Source: the human T2T-CHM13v2.0 reference genome, Homo sapiens
Assembly: GCF_009914755.1 (NCBI RefSeq)
Contig: NC_060936.1
DNA: 64,000 nucleotides
Reading direction: 5' to 3' (one strand)
This document shows, in pieces, positions 12,230-26,180 of this stretch (positions within the stretch are counted from its first letter, which is position 1; the number at the start of each line of letters is the position of its first letter). Position numbers and translations under genes: made by a program. The notes under the pieces were generated by a model, which was not told the DNA's origin, searched no databases, and was given only the letters and a program-made list of their open reading frames with translations.

Positions 12230-15148
12230 GGGGAGGGCATGAATCTGGCATACAGACTTCACAGGCAGGGGGAAGAACCAAAGCCCTTACTTTCACAGCT
12301 GGGAGGTGGGTAGCCTGGGGCAAGTTCTCAAGCCCTGCTTGCTCACTGCCTGGAAACAGACTCAGTGCTGTTAGGTGGAGGCACAGTGGGAGTGAGACCA
12401 GCCCTTTGGATTGCATGGGAGCTGTGTGAGGCCTGTGACTGCCAGCCTCCCCCACTTCCGTGACAACCTGAATGACTCAGCAGAAGCAGCCATAATCCTC
12501 CTAGGTACACAACTGCATTGATCTGGGAACCTCACCCCCATCCCCTACAGCAGCCACAGCAAGACCCACCCATGGAGAGCCTGAGCTCAGATAAGCCTAG
12601 TCATGCCCCCACCTGATGGGCCTTCTCTTCCGTCCCTGGTAGCTGAAGACAAAAATCATATACTCTTGGGAGTTCTAGGGCCCTGCCCACCACTTGTTCC
12701 TCTCCATACTATCACAGCTAATGCTTTCTGGAAAGTGCCACCTCTGGCAGGAGGCCAACCAACACAAAAATAAATCATTAATCCACCAAAGCTAAGAACT
12801 CCTCACAGAGTCCATTTCACCACCCCTGCCACCTGCACTGGAACAAGTGCTGGTATTAATGGCTGAGAGACCCACAGATGGTTCATGTCACAGGACTCTG
12901 TGCAGACAACCGCTAGTACTAGCATGGAGCCTGGTAGACTTGCTGGGTGGCTAGATCCAGAAGAGAGATAACAATCACTGTAGCTTGGCTCTCAGGAAGC
13001 CACATCTATTGGAAAAGGGGGAGAGTACTACCTCAAGGAAAAACTCCGTAGGACAAAAGAATCTGAACAGCTTCAGCTCTAGAACTTCCCTCTGACAAAG
13101 CATACCCAAATGAGAAGGAACCAGAAAACCAGCTCTGGTAATCTGACAAAACAAGTTTCTTTAACATCCCCAAAAAACCACACTAGCTCACCAGCAATGA
13201 ATCAAACAAAGAAGAAATCCCTGACATACCTGAAAAAGAATTCAGGAGGTTAGTTATGAAGCTAATCAAGGAGACACCAGAGAAAGGTGAAGCCCAATGC
13301 AAGAAAATCCAATACCAATACAAGAATTGAAGGGAGACATATTCAAGGAAATAGATAGCATAAAGAAAAAAAACAATCAAAGCTTCAGGAAACAGACACA
13401 CTTATAGAAATGCAAAGTGCTCTCTGAAAAGTCTCAGCAATAGAAATGAAGAAGTAGAAGAAAGAAATTCAGAGCTCAAACACAAGGTCTTCAAATTAAC
13501 CCATCCAACAAAGACAAAGAAAAAAGAATAAGAAAATATGAACAAAGCCTCTATGCTAAATGACCAAACCTAAAAATAATCAGTATTCCTGAGGAAGAAG
13601 CGAAATCTAAAAGTTTGGAAAACATATTTGGGGGAATAATTGAGGAAAACTTCCCCAGCCTTACTAGAGACCTAGATATGCAAATACAAGAAGCACAAAG
13701 AACACCTGGGAAATTCGTTGCAAAAAGTTCTTCACCTAGGCACATTTTCATCAGGTTATCCAAAGTTAAGACGAGGAAAAGAATCTTAAGAGCTGTGAGA
13801 CAGAAGCACCAGGTAACTTATAAAGGAAAACCTATCAGATTAATAGCAGATTTTTCAGCAGAAACACTACAAGCTAGAAGGAATTGGGGGCCCTATCTTC
13901 AGCCTCCTCAAACAAAACAATTATCAGCCAGGAATTTTACATTCAGCAAAACTAAGCATCACATGAAGGAAAGTTACAGTCTTTTTCAGACAAACAAATG
14001 CTGAGAGAATTCGCCACTGCCAAGCCACCACTACAAGAACTGCTACAAGGAGCTCTAAATCTTGAAATAAATCCTGGAAACATATCAAAAGAGAACTCTT
14101 TAAAGCATAAATCACACAGGACCTATAAAACAAAAATACAAGTTAAAAAGCAAAAACAAAAAAACCAAACACCCAAGATACACAGGCAACAAATAGCACA
14201 ATGAATAACAAAGATCAGAGCAGAACTACAAGAAATTGAAACATAAAAAAATAAAAATATAAATGAAACAAAAAGCTGGTTCCTTGAAAAGATAAATAAA
14301 ATTGATAGACCATTAGCAAGATTAACCAAGTAAAGAAGAGAGAAAATCCAAATAACCTCATTAAGAAAGGAAACAATTATTACAACTGACAACACGGGAA
14401 TAAAAAAGATCATTCAAGGCAGCTGTGAACACTTTTATGCACATAAACTAGAAAAACTAGAAGAGATGGATAAATTCCTGGAAAAACAGCCCTTCCAGCT
14501 TAAGTCAGGAAGAATTAGATACCCTGAACAGACCAATAACAAGGAGTGAGATGCAAATGGTAATTTAAAAATTAGCAACAAAAAAAAAGTCCAGGACCAG
14601 ATGGATTCACAGCAGAATTCTACCAGACATTGAAAGAAGAAGTGGCAAAAATCCCTTTGACACTATTCCACAAAATAAAGAGGGAACCTTCCCTAATCCA
14701 TTCTATGAAGCCAGCATCACCCTAATACCAAAACCAGGAAATGACATAACCAAAAAAGAAAACTACGGACCAATATCCCTGATGAAGTTAGATGCTAAAA
14801 TCCTTAACAAATTACTAGCTAACCGAATCCAGCAGCATATCAAAAAGAGAATCCACCATGATCAAGTGGATTTCATACCAGGGATGCAGGGATGGTTTAA
14901 CATACTCAAGTCAATAAATGTGATACACCACATAAACAGAATTTAAAACAAAAATCATATGATCATCTCTATAGATGCAGAAAAAGCATTTGACAAAATG
15001 CAACATCGCTTTATGATTAAAACTCTCAGCAAAATTGGCATACGAGGGACATACCTTAATGTAATTAAAGCCATCTATGAAAAACCCACAGCCAACATAA
15101 TACTGAATGGAGAAAAGTTGAAAACATTCCCTCTGAGAAATGAAACAA

Positions 15149-15232
15149 AAACAAAACAAAACAAAAAAAAAACACAGAAAAAAAACAAAAACAAAAACAA
15201 AAATAAAAATTAAAATTAAAATTAAAAAAAAA
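15149..15232 (+). mobile_element. A-rich 'tail-only' insertion with 14-bp TSD inside L1PB ORF2
   Basis: gagaaatgaaacaa duplicated at 15135-15148 and 15233-15246 around an 84-bp A-rich tract. Confidence 0.75.
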
Positions 15233-17234
15233 GAGAAATGAAACAAGACAAGGATGCCTACTTTCAGACCACTCCTCATCAGCATAGTACTAGAAGTCCT
15301 AACCACAGCAATCAGACAAGAGAAAGAAATAAAGGGCATCAAGATCAGTAAAGAGGAAGTCAAACTGTCACTGTTTGCTGATGATATGATTGTTTACCTC
15401 GAAAACCTTAAAGACTCCTCCAGAAAGCTCTGAGAACTGATGAAAGAATTCAGCAAAGTTTCTGCATACAAGATTATTGTACACAAACCAGTAGCTCTTC
15501 TATACACCATCAGTGACCAAGTAGGAATCAAATCAAGAACTCAACTCCTTTTAAAATAGCTGCAAAAATAAAAATAAAAATACTTAGAAATATACCTAAC
15601 AAAGGAGGTGAAAGGCCTCTACAAGGAAAACTACAAAACGCTGCTGAAAGAAATCACTGACGACACAAACAAATGAAAACACACCCCATGCTCATGGATG
15701 GGTAGAATCAATATTGTGAAAATGACCATACTGTCAAAAGCAATCTACAAATTCAATGCAATCCCCATCAAAATACCACCATCATTCTTCACAGAGTTAG
15801 AAAAAACAATTCTGAAATTCACATAGAACCAAAAGGAGCCCACATAGCCAAAGCAAGACTAAGCAAAAAGAACAAATCTGGATGCATCACACTACCTGAT
15901 TTTAAACTATACTACAAGGCCATAGTCACCAAAACAGCATGGTACTGGTACAAAAATAGGTACATAGACCAATGGAATAGAATAGTGAACCCAGAAATAA
16001 ACCCAAATACTTACAGCCAGCTGATCTTCAACAAACCAAACCAAAACAGTAAAAGGACACCCTTTTCAACAAATGGTGCTGGGATAATTGGCTAGCTACA
16101 AGTAGGAGAATGAAACTGGATCCTCAGCTCTCACCTTATACAAAAAGCAACTCAAGATGGATTAAGGGCTTAAATCTAAGACATGAGACTATAAAAATTC
16201 TAGAAGATAACATTGGAAAACCCCTTCTAGACATTGACTTAGGCAAGGATTTCATGACCAAGAACCCAAAAGCAAATGCAATAAAAACAAAGATAAATAG
16301 CTGGCACTTAATTAAACTAAAGGGACTTTTGCACAGCAAAAGGAACAGTCAGCAGAGTAAACAGGCAACCCACAGAGTGGGAGAATATCTTCACAATTTA
16401 TACATCTGACAAAGGACTAATATCCAGAATCCACGATGAACTCAAACAAATCAGTAAGAAGAAAACAAACAATCCCATCCAAAAGTGGACTAAGGACCTG
16501 AATAGACAATTCTCAGATATACAAATGGCCAAAAAACATATGAAAAACTCCTCTGCATCACAAATTATCAGGGGAATGCAAATCAAAACCACAATGCAAT
16601 ACCTCCTTACTCCTGCAAGAATGGACATAATCGAAAAATGAAAAAAAAGTAGCTGTTGGTGTGGATGGGGTGATCAGGGGACACTTCTCCACTGCCGGTG
16701 GGAATGTAAACTAGTACAGCCACTATGGAAAACAGTGGGGAGATTCCTTAAAGATCTAAAATTAGAACTACCATTTGATCCAGCAATCCCACTACTGGGT
16801 ATCTTCCCAGAGAAAACGAAGAATGAATTAACAGCATTTGCAGCAACCTGGGTGAGATTGGAGACTATTATTCTAAGCTAAGTGACTCAGGAATGGAAAA
16901 CCAAACATTGTATGTTCTCACTGATATGTGGGAGCTAAGCTATGAGGACGCAAAGGCATAAGAATGATACAATGGACTTTGGAGACGGGGGGAAGAGTGG
17001 TAGAGGGGTGAGACATAAAAGACTACAAATAGGGTGCAATGTATACTGCTTGGATGATGGGTGCACTAAAATCTCACAAATCACCACTAAAGAACATATT
17101 CATGTAACCAAATACCTCCTGTATCCCAATAACCTATGGAAAAAATATGAAAAGAAGGAAACAGCTAAGCAATGTGTTGAGAAAAGAGTATTTCAATGAG
17201 AGAGAACTTAAATGCACAAAGACCATGAGATATG

Positions 17235-17410
17235 TACAGACATTACCTCCTTTAATCCTCACTATGTTTCTGTAAGGGAGGTAGTGTTAGGCTAATTTTA
17301 TAGATATCAAAATGGAACCACAGAACTAACACACATAAGATTACTTTGTCAGCTAGCAAACAGGATGCCATGTTATGAGCTCAGGAGTCTCTGACTACCA
17401 CCAGCCTTCT
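17235..17410 (-). mobile_element. MIR fragment
   Basis: tttaatcctcac...aattttatagat...cagctagcaaac; degenerate. Confidence 0.5.
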
Positions 17411-18459
17411 CTTTCTGCACCCCCATGCTGCTTCATGGGATCTAAAGCACAACTTAAATGGATGTCACTGCAAGGAATTCCAGAGGAAGAGAGGTTCCTA
17501 TCCCAAATATAGGTAAATCTCCTAGATGGTCCTGGTTCTTTGTTTTCTTTCTACTAATAAATATGCAAGAAAGACTTATTTGGATCTATTTGTTTAGTAA
17601 TTCATTCAATAGATTTTTTGAGTGTCTATGATATAACTGTACTATTTGCATTTAAAGTTTGGAATGCAGCCATGGTAAATAGTATGAACTATTTTCTTTC
17701 AAGGAATTGAGAGTCGTTTTGTTTTTAGTATATTGTCTGGAAATCCTAGCAGTATAATTCGCTTTGCCAAAAGTTACATGGAAGGATATAAAACTATTAT
17801 AGTTTTAAAGTCTTCCGGTCAGTTGGCTGAAAATTATCTGTAACATTTAATATCTGACTCTGTTTGGAAAGAAATATAGCCAACCACCTTTTTAAACCTC
17901 TTTTCGGTGTTTTGGGAAACACAAAGTTGGGATCTTTTCAATCATTTGCAAAATAAAACAGTATTTTTGAAGGCATTGATTTATATTTGATTTCAGGCAT
18001 TGAATTGTTTTATTATTGAGACTGTCTCTGAACTCTGAGAAATTCCAAGGGAAAGAATTAAAAATCTTCAATTCAGCCTGGCCTAAATCTACTATTTTCA
18101 ACCAATTTTTTTTTTCTGCTGTGCTTTCTTGCATATTTTCTGAATGGATAGATAGGACAATGATACAGCAGAAATAATGAATGTTTGTCTGCCACTTCCA
18201 TTAAATATGTCAATGCTTTTATGAAAGGTAATCTATGGTTACTGAAGCCAATGCCTGTACTTACTGCTCAGTCATAACCATTCTCATACCTGGAATCTAA
18301 AGAGGTGGCATCAGTAATCTGTACACACTGAGTACATAATATTGCTCAGTGGAAAGAGAAATGCTGCTGTATATTACTCTACATTTTTCATAGTCTTTAT
18401 AATGTTTTATATCTAAATGTATTATTATGTAGTTTCACTGATCAGTAAGAGAGCTAGAT

Positions 18460-18825
18460 CATGTAGGCCTTATAAGAACGTTGGCTTTTACTCAAAGGGG
18501 ATGAGAAACTATCGGGGGATTTTGAGTAGGGATGCCATCATCTGGCCTTTGTTTTTAACAGAACAAGTCTGGCTGCTGTTATGAGTGTAGATCAAAGGAT
18601 GGATGGATAGAAATGAGGAGATGAAATAGGAAGCAGAGCAATAATTTTGATGGCAGATCATAGTGCCTTTGTATAGGGTAATAGAATATGCTAGAGCCTA
18701 GAATACAAGCATCAAGCTGTTATGAGCTTGGCATTTTTACCACTGTATCCCCAGGGTGTGGAATCATTTCTGGAGTACAGCAGGAGCTCAGTAATTCTTG
18801 CTGCATGCAGGAATGGATGGATAGA
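18460..18825. mobile_element. L2 fragments (antisense about 18460-18690; sense 3' end about 18720-18825)
   Basis: tagatcatgtaggccttataag...ggcttttactc and cactgtatccccag...gtacagcaggagctcagtaattc...gaatggatgga. Confidence 0.5.
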
Positions 18826-20159
18826 TTGACAGTTTTTCACACTTCTGTCTTCTCCCCATCTGTTTGTTACTTAAGTTTTAACATCTAAGCTATTTTCCTC
18901 ATCCTCACAGTTTTTAAACTAAAGCAAAAGTGAAACAAAAGCAAAACAGCCAAGTTTCTTCTAAATTTAATTGAATTCAACGAGTCTTTTTGTAAAGCAC
19001 TTTTATGTGGTTTCTTTGGGCTATTAAGGACATCAAATGCCAACAGAATGTTCTAAGACTGTGAGATGAGATTGTTGCTTAGGGTCACAGCTATGCCACA
19101 GCACCAGAATTTACTTTAAAATTAAAATTGCTACATAGTTTTAATTTCCTCCTCAGAAGGGCAATAACCTTTCAATGAATCAGACTCGGCTTTTTCTGCT
19201 TACTATAAATGGAACCATGTGACCATTACATTACAAAGGGCATAAACGGCAGGCTATATTAGAAAAGTTTGGGGACAAGGAGCACAGGAATGTATTTGGC
19301 ACACAACTTTTTTGTGTGATAAAGAAGAGAAATAAGAAGACATGCAAACAGTTGTATTGATATACATAAAGAAACACTGAATACATACAGAAGCAACTAA
19401 AAAGGCTGATTGCAAGGCTCAGAAGATGAATTGGATAGACAGGGCAAAATGTTTAATAGGGGATTGTTTTATATCATTTTGATGATCATGTAAATTATTA
19501 CCTATTTAATTAGTACATAAATAAATAAAAATGGCATCTTTTAAATAGCTGTGGAGGGCAAGGGGGTGGGGACAGTAGGGAGGAAGGGCCTAGGGAAACT
19601 TGAAGTGAAGCAAGTGTTCGTTTTGCCACTTTTCCAGCCCTCATCAACTGCATTTGGAGATGAAACTTCTCAGATGAAGTGTATATGTGTTAATATTAGT
19701 AAATAATAACCAATCACATTTTTTCATCTTTTTTTCTTAAGGAATAAAGAAGCCTATATTCATAAGAATGCTGATTCTTAAAGGGCTAGAAAGGCCAGTT
19801 GAAGAAGGCCAGTCTGTAGAGATGCCTGGGAATTCTTTGATCTTTTTGGAGGCTAAAGGAAGTAAAATTCTGCTATGGAAATTGTCCTATTATATTTCTG
19901 CTTTCAAGAAGTGGCTACAAGATTATGAGGTTTTGCAATGTTGCCCTCCTAGTCCTGTGTACCTTGCTGTAAAGACTCCCAGGCATGGAGGCCATCACTG
20001 GCACTGTTCCTCTCAGCAGTTATTTGGGTGTGAAGTTCCTCACTCCTGCAAGACTCAGCCTGAAGGAGCATGTCTACATGACCCACCTGCACAATCTCCC
20101 CACTTGTCAGTAACAGCTGTGAAATCTGCCCCTGTTGTCTTTAGGTAAGAAATTTCACC

Positions 20160-20420
20160 AATGACAGTAACATCTTACTCTTGTGTAGAGTTTTATATTT
20201 CTCAAAATGTTTTCACCTGTGTTATTTCTTCTTATGTATTCACAGAAACTGAAAGATGGAAAAGATCTCAGATGCTGTGACCCCCATGTAACAGATGGAG
20301 GAATTGAATCCAAGAGATGAAGTGACCACTTTGCCTAAAATCAAATAGCCATGTAGCAGCCGAGCTAAAACAAACATTCAGTCCTCCTGAATCCTAACTC
20401 AGTGATTTTCTCTTAATATC
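20160..20420 (-). mobile_element. MIR SINE
   Basis: cccccatgtaacagatggaggaattgaatccaagagatgaagtgac...cagtcctcctgaatcctaactc. Confidence 0.6.
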
Positions 20421-22109
20421 ATATAATAACATCCATTGTTTTCCTGAGTCTCCCCTATCATTTTACTATTCTTCTTGATCCATTCATATTAGTTTTTTTT
20501 TCTTTTTTGGATTAAAGGTGACCTTAATCAAAATTTGATATTTACATAAGTATGATATAAAATAACTTATATCTATATTTAATAATTTCTTATTTTAGTT
20601 GATGCTTTCAAAAACTGCCAGAAAACAGATTTTTTTGCCACAAGCAGTTACAGTTTCATCTTCATATTCCCTCTCTTAACATGCTGAAAAATTAAGCATA
20701 CATAGAAATGCTAATTAGAGTTGTCTTCCTTGTCAATGCTGTGATTTATATTTGACCTGTTTCCTATCAGATTTGCCACAAGCTAGAATCTTCTGAGGAT
20801 TTCTGCTTCATATATATTCTCTACCATTCGGCAGACACTAATAAAGAGTGTCAAAATCCTGGCAAGAAAATGTTTCTTAAAGTCATAGCTGATGCTAGAC
20901 ACTAAGTAAGTCAAGTTTCCTATTCCATAGTGAAAAAGAAAAAAAGCTTTTACGTCTAAATTCAGTTTCAGTAAAAGGGAAAGCCTTATATCCAGGTCAA
21001 GATCCAATCCACTAAGATTTGAATCTATTGAGATATTATATCTTAGAATTCAGAGCTTAGCATGCTTAATATTTAGAAACATGTTAAAAAGTTAAAAGTG
21101 CTGCACAGTTAGAATGACTTCACTGCAAAGGTGAATATTTTCAAAGGATTCTGATTCCATTTTGACAGCTTTCTTTACTTGACACTCATAGGCCCCACAC
21201 TTACTAAAGGGCTGAGTTGGTACCACAGCACTGAAAGGTACATCCTTTGGTTATTAAAAGGAGTATGATGAAAAGTGTTACTTGGGAACATGTGGGACTT
21301 CCTCTTGATTGATTAAAAAAATACTGTTTTCCTCCCTCACTGATAATCTCACTCCATGTTGCCAATATTATAGCAGTTTTCTGTATGATTTCTTACTTGA
21401 AAACGCTATGGTAGAAGTGAGAGTCTGAGTTTTTTTCCTGGCTCACTCTTAAATGTATCCCCAATATCTCTTTCATTTTCTAAACTGGGGAGGAAATTAG
21501 GACCCCAGCTTCCAACTATCTTAACTGTATTCAGTAAAACTTTTTTTCTACTTAAAAAATTATCTAAGTTAACTGGAATTGGAAATGTTTAAAAAAATTG
21601 AAAATAGAATCTTAAATAAATTTAGAAAGATCTCACTTTATCATTAAGAATACTAACTATAAATGTGATCAATAAACATTTTTTATTAAACACCAAATAA
21701 TTATAAGCATTGGTTTATAATTTTACATGGCTCAAGCAAAATGAAAATTTTTAAATAAGATACAGAATATTTCAAATTTTCTCTTTCATTTTCTGCAAGG
21801 TATCTAGTCCTAATTTGGGAAAGCCAGAAACTTTCTGTAAAGTTATAGAGAAACTTTTTAAGTGTCCAGTGCCACTAAATTTTAGCATAGACATGTGCGC
21901 TGAAAAAAATCTAGAGTTATACCCAAGAAAATGTTTTTGTGCTAAAGTTTAAATTACAGAGAGTAGAACTCTTCATCTGAGGTTTTTCACTGCCTTAAGA
22001 GATTGAGAGGGATTCAATGCTGCCACGTGAGCCAGCCACACAAGCGAACACTCCTACAACAGGTATGTACAGGTCTTTCACAAAAATTAATGTAAAATGG
22101 ATCAGAGTC

Positions 22110-22508
22110 TGCTATAGTTTGAATGCTTTTGTCAAAATTTATGTTGAAACTTAATTCCTAATGCAACAGTAGTAAGAAGTGTGGCCTTTAAGAGGTAACT
22201 GAGTCATGAAGTCCCTGCCCTCATAAATGGGATAAGGTGACCTTATAAAAGGGCTTGACAGAGGGAGTTTGCTCCTTTCTTGCCCTGCCTTTCATGCCAC
22301 CCATTGAGGACACAGCATTTCACCCCTCCAGAGGATGCAGCAGTAAGGCAACTTCTTGGAAGCCAAGATGGAGCCCTTACCAGACATCAAACCTGCTGGT
22401 GCCTTGATTTTGGACTTCACCTCCAGAACTGTGAGAAATAAATTTGTCTTCTTTCTAAATTACCCTGCCTCAAGTATTTTGTTATAGCAGCACAAATGGA
22501 CTAAGAAA
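22110..22508 (+). mobile_element. MaLR solo LTR (MST/MLT1A-type)
   Basis: tgctatagtttgaatg start, ccagaactgtgagaaataaattt, end ggactaagaaa; 5-bp TSD gagtc/gagac with one mismatch. Confidence 0.85.
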
Positions 22509-24848
22509 GAGACCTAAATTTAAAATGCAAAACAATAAATTTTCTGGAGGATGAAACATGGGAGAAAATCTAATTGACCTTGGGTTTGTTGATGAGTTTT
22601 TAGATACAGCACCAAAGCATGATCCATGAAATAAAAATCTAATAAACCTTATTAAAATTAAAAATTTCTGCTCTGCAAAAGACACTGTTAAAACAATAAC
22701 AGAATTCATAGACTGGGAGAAAATATGTACAACACAAATATATGATAAAGGACTTATATCAAAAATATACCAGAAAAACCTTTTAAAACTCAGCAACAAG
22801 AAAAAAGCCCAATGAAAAAGTGAGCAAAAGTTCTGAACAAACATGTCATCAAAGATGATACACAGACAGGAAGTAAGCATACAAATAGACATTTAACATC
22901 ATGTGTCAGTAGGAAAATGCAAATTAAAACAACAATGAGTTAACACTAAACACCTATTAGATTGTTTAGCATACAAAAAAACTGACAATACCAAATGATG
23001 GCAAGTATGCAGAGCAACTCAAATTCTCATTAATTCCTGGTGAGATTAAAATATGGTGGAGCCATTTTGGAAGACTGGTGGTTTCTTGCAAAGCTAAACA
23101 TAGTCTTGCCATATAATCTAGCATCTGCACTCTTAGATATCTGCCCAAGTGCTTTGAAAACTTATGTTCATACAAAACCTACATACAAATGTTTGTAGCA
23201 GCTTTATTCATAATGGCCTCAAACTGAAAACAACCAAGATGTCTTTACATAGGTAAATAGACAAATTCAAGTACATTCATATAATGTAATGCTATCCAGC
23301 ACCGAAACAGGAATGAGCTGTCAAAGTATAAACAGATACAGATGTATCTTAAATGCATGCTGCCAAATGAAAAAAGCCAGTCTGGAAAGGCTATGTGCTA
23401 TAGGATGCCAATTATGTTACATTTTGAAAAAGGCAAAATTTGGGCTTGGAAAACCAATCAGTCTTTGCCAAGGGTTTGGAAGAAGGAGAGTTAAATAGTG
23501 AAATGTAGGGATTGCTTTTAGGGTGTTGAAAAAGATTTTGTATGATACTACAATGGTGACTGCCTGACACTATGCATTTGTCAAAACCCATAGAATTTTA
23601 CAGTACAAATAGTTAACTCTATTGCATGAAAATCTTTAAAAGTCATTTAGGAGGTCAAGGAATCTTAGAATGGAACTCAGAATGCAACAAAAGAATCTAA
23701 CTGTATTACTACAGTGGGGGAAAATAGTTCTGAATTTGGAAATGAATATGGTCTGTAGGAATAAAGACAAAACATAAGCATTATACTCTAGTAGATAAGG
23801 TTGTTTCTCACAGAACTATAGGTTAACAATTCTGAAACCACTAAAGATATATACTGGAATTGAGAAATTAAGTAAATACACAGGGGATGTATTTACTTAA
23901 TTGGGAGTGATGTTTCTCACTCTTGGTATGGAAGGTTAGAAATAAGCAAAGAAAGGAGGCTAGAATGATACATGTCATAAAGGATTAGACTTGGAAATAT
24001 ACTGAAGATATCAATGTGAACTCATGTTTAGCTTAATGTAAACACACGTGACATATAAAATGTAACTTGCATGAATAGATTAGTATGCACATATTTCCTT
24101 GCCCATCAGCTGAGAAAGCCTGGAAGCAATGATGCTGCAGAAGCAACAGTCATGCCCCATGCCCAAATCTTGATTTCTAATGCCATTCTCCAATAAGGGA
24201 ACAAAGACTCCTTACAGAAATGGCTGGTCTTTAGACTAGGATGGAAAATATACAAAATGTTCTTGGAGCATATACTAGTGCCAGAAAGTAAGAAAATGGT
24301 AAAAGAAAAAATCTCACAATGATGGACATTGTGTCTCCGTGTAAAAGAGTCACAGGAGCCAACAGAAAGAGTTCCCAGTGACCAAAGCTAGAATCATTAG
24401 AACAACAAAATAAAGTAACATTAAAGTACAAAAATGTAAAGTAACTATCCATTAATCCATAACGACATAAATGACTGAATATATAAATAAATGAAGAAGA
24501 ATAGATAAATCTCTTGTCCCGAAGAATTCCAAATAATTTATGTAGGTATCTACCCTCAAGGAAGGGAATGGTATCTCTTAGCCTCTTAAGTGTGGGCTGA
24601 ACAATATTAGTTCCCTTCTAAAAAGAGACAGTACAGAAAGGGGGAAAAATAGAATAAACTTAGAGTCGAGAAACTTGACAAACACTAGCTCAGCTAAGTG
24701 ATCAAGGCAATCACCAACAGTGATTCATCATGCTGATGGTGTGTATTCTTGATTCACTGTAATGAGGATTTTATTATGTGGTCTTCCTCCCCCAAATCCA
24801 TAACCTCAATCTAATCATGAGAAAAGTATCAAATCCCAAATGAGGGGC

Positions 24849-25205
24849 TGTTTTAGTCCATTCAGGCTGATATCACAAAATACCTTAGATTTGGTGGTTT
24901 ATATGTAACAGAAATTTATTTCTAACAATGTTGAAGGCTAAAAAGTCCAAGACCAAGGCAGCAGTAGATCTGGTGTCTGGTGAGGGCTCACTCTGCTTCA
25001 CAGATGGAGCCTTCTTGCTTCATCTTCACATGGCAAAGGCACAAGCATGTTTCCTCAGGCCTCTTTTACAAGGGCACTAATCCCATTTAGGAGGTAGAGC
25101 CCTCATGACCTAATTACCTCCTGGAGACTCCACCGCTTAATATTATTGCACTAAGGATTTGGTCTCAACATATGAATTACAGGGGAGAAACCTCAGACCA
25201 TAGCA
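24849..25205 (-). mobile_element. MaLR solo LTR (MLT1A-type)
   Basis: tgttttagtccattcaggctg...cagaccatagca; perfect 5-bp TSD ggggc at 24844-24848 and 25206-25210. Confidence 0.85.
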
Positions 25206-25999
25206 GGGGCATTCTAAAATTATTTCCCCAACACTTCTCAGAATTATCAAGTTCACCAAAAACAAGAAATATCTGTGAAACTGTCACATCCAAGAGTAGT
25301 TTACGGAGTTATAAAAACTAAATGTAGTTTGTATTCTGGGTGAGATTCTGGAAAATAAAAAGGATATTATATAAAAAGGAAATCTGAATGAAGAACTTAA
25401 TAAAAAAGAATCAATATTGATTCATTAATTGTGACAAAGGTATCACACTAATAATAGGAAAAAATGAGTATGGGTGTATGGGAACTCTTTATACTATTTT
25501 CATAATTTTCCTATAAATTAAAACTATTCTAAACAGTTTATTTAAAAATTATGTACCCCAGAATCACACAGGTACATGGGGGAATTTACCTGATTTGTTT
25601 GATTACCAAAAGTAGTCTAGGGGAAGAATTAGTAATATATATGTAATAAATTAAGCAAATTACAATGAGGCAATTATAAATTCCAGCTTTCAAAAAATAG
25701 TCATTATATATAGACAGGAAATGTTATTACCAAAATTTGTGATGTAAAAATATTGGGAGGATAGGGACTTGAGGAATGAGCATGTAGCGTGAGGAAAAAT
25801 TCTACAGACACTGCAGTTGAATTGAAGAATATGAAAAAGTAACATATTTGTTTGGAGCTAGATGTATAAACAGCAGAAGAAAGAGTTTGAGTAGTTAAAT
25901 CAATTGCTTCTGAGGATCAAGGCTCAGTATTAAAGCAGTTGTTGACAGTTTTAAACTATATATTTCTAAGGAAACCTATTAAATATAAATACAAAAACA

Positions 26000-26180
26000 A
26001 TAGAGTAGTGTGTTTAATGGAGAAGCATTAGACAGAACTTTAGAAACCCTCAGTGCTTGCACTAACGAGTTCTATGACTTTAAGCATAGCACTACCACAG
26101 GTCTTCATTTTCTCATTTATGAGCTGAAAGATTGGAATAGATGATGGCTAAAGCACCTTCCACTCTATGATTTTATGACA
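26000..26180 (+). mobile_element. MIR fragment
   Basis: ttcattttctcatttatgagctgaaagattggaatagatgatggctaaagcaccttcc resembles MIR/MIR3. Confidence 0.5.

Larger units (their letters stand above)
11064..17153 (+). mobile_element. Near full-length L1PB (L1PB1-like) LINE-1, decayed
   Basis: 5'UTR, ORF1 remnants (13615-14004), ORF2 RT remnants, L1PB-type 3'UTR (aaaatctcacaaatcaccactaaagaac); 13-bp TSD gaaggaaacagct at 11051-11063 and 17154-17166. Confidence 0.9.
22070..25550 (+). mobile_element. Old L1M (L1MC/L1MD-type) ORF2 end and long 3'UTR, interrupted by two MaLR LTRs
   Basis: Decayed ORF2 C-terminal motifs (gactgggagaaaat, tgataaaggacttatatc, gcagctttattcataat); 3' end tatgggaactct...aaaactattctaaa. 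Confidence 0.75.

Noticed and set aside
19768-20150. 126-aa ORF ending near a donor-like ag/gtaaga
   Set aside because: No recognisable homology or matching acceptor; such motifs are common by chance.
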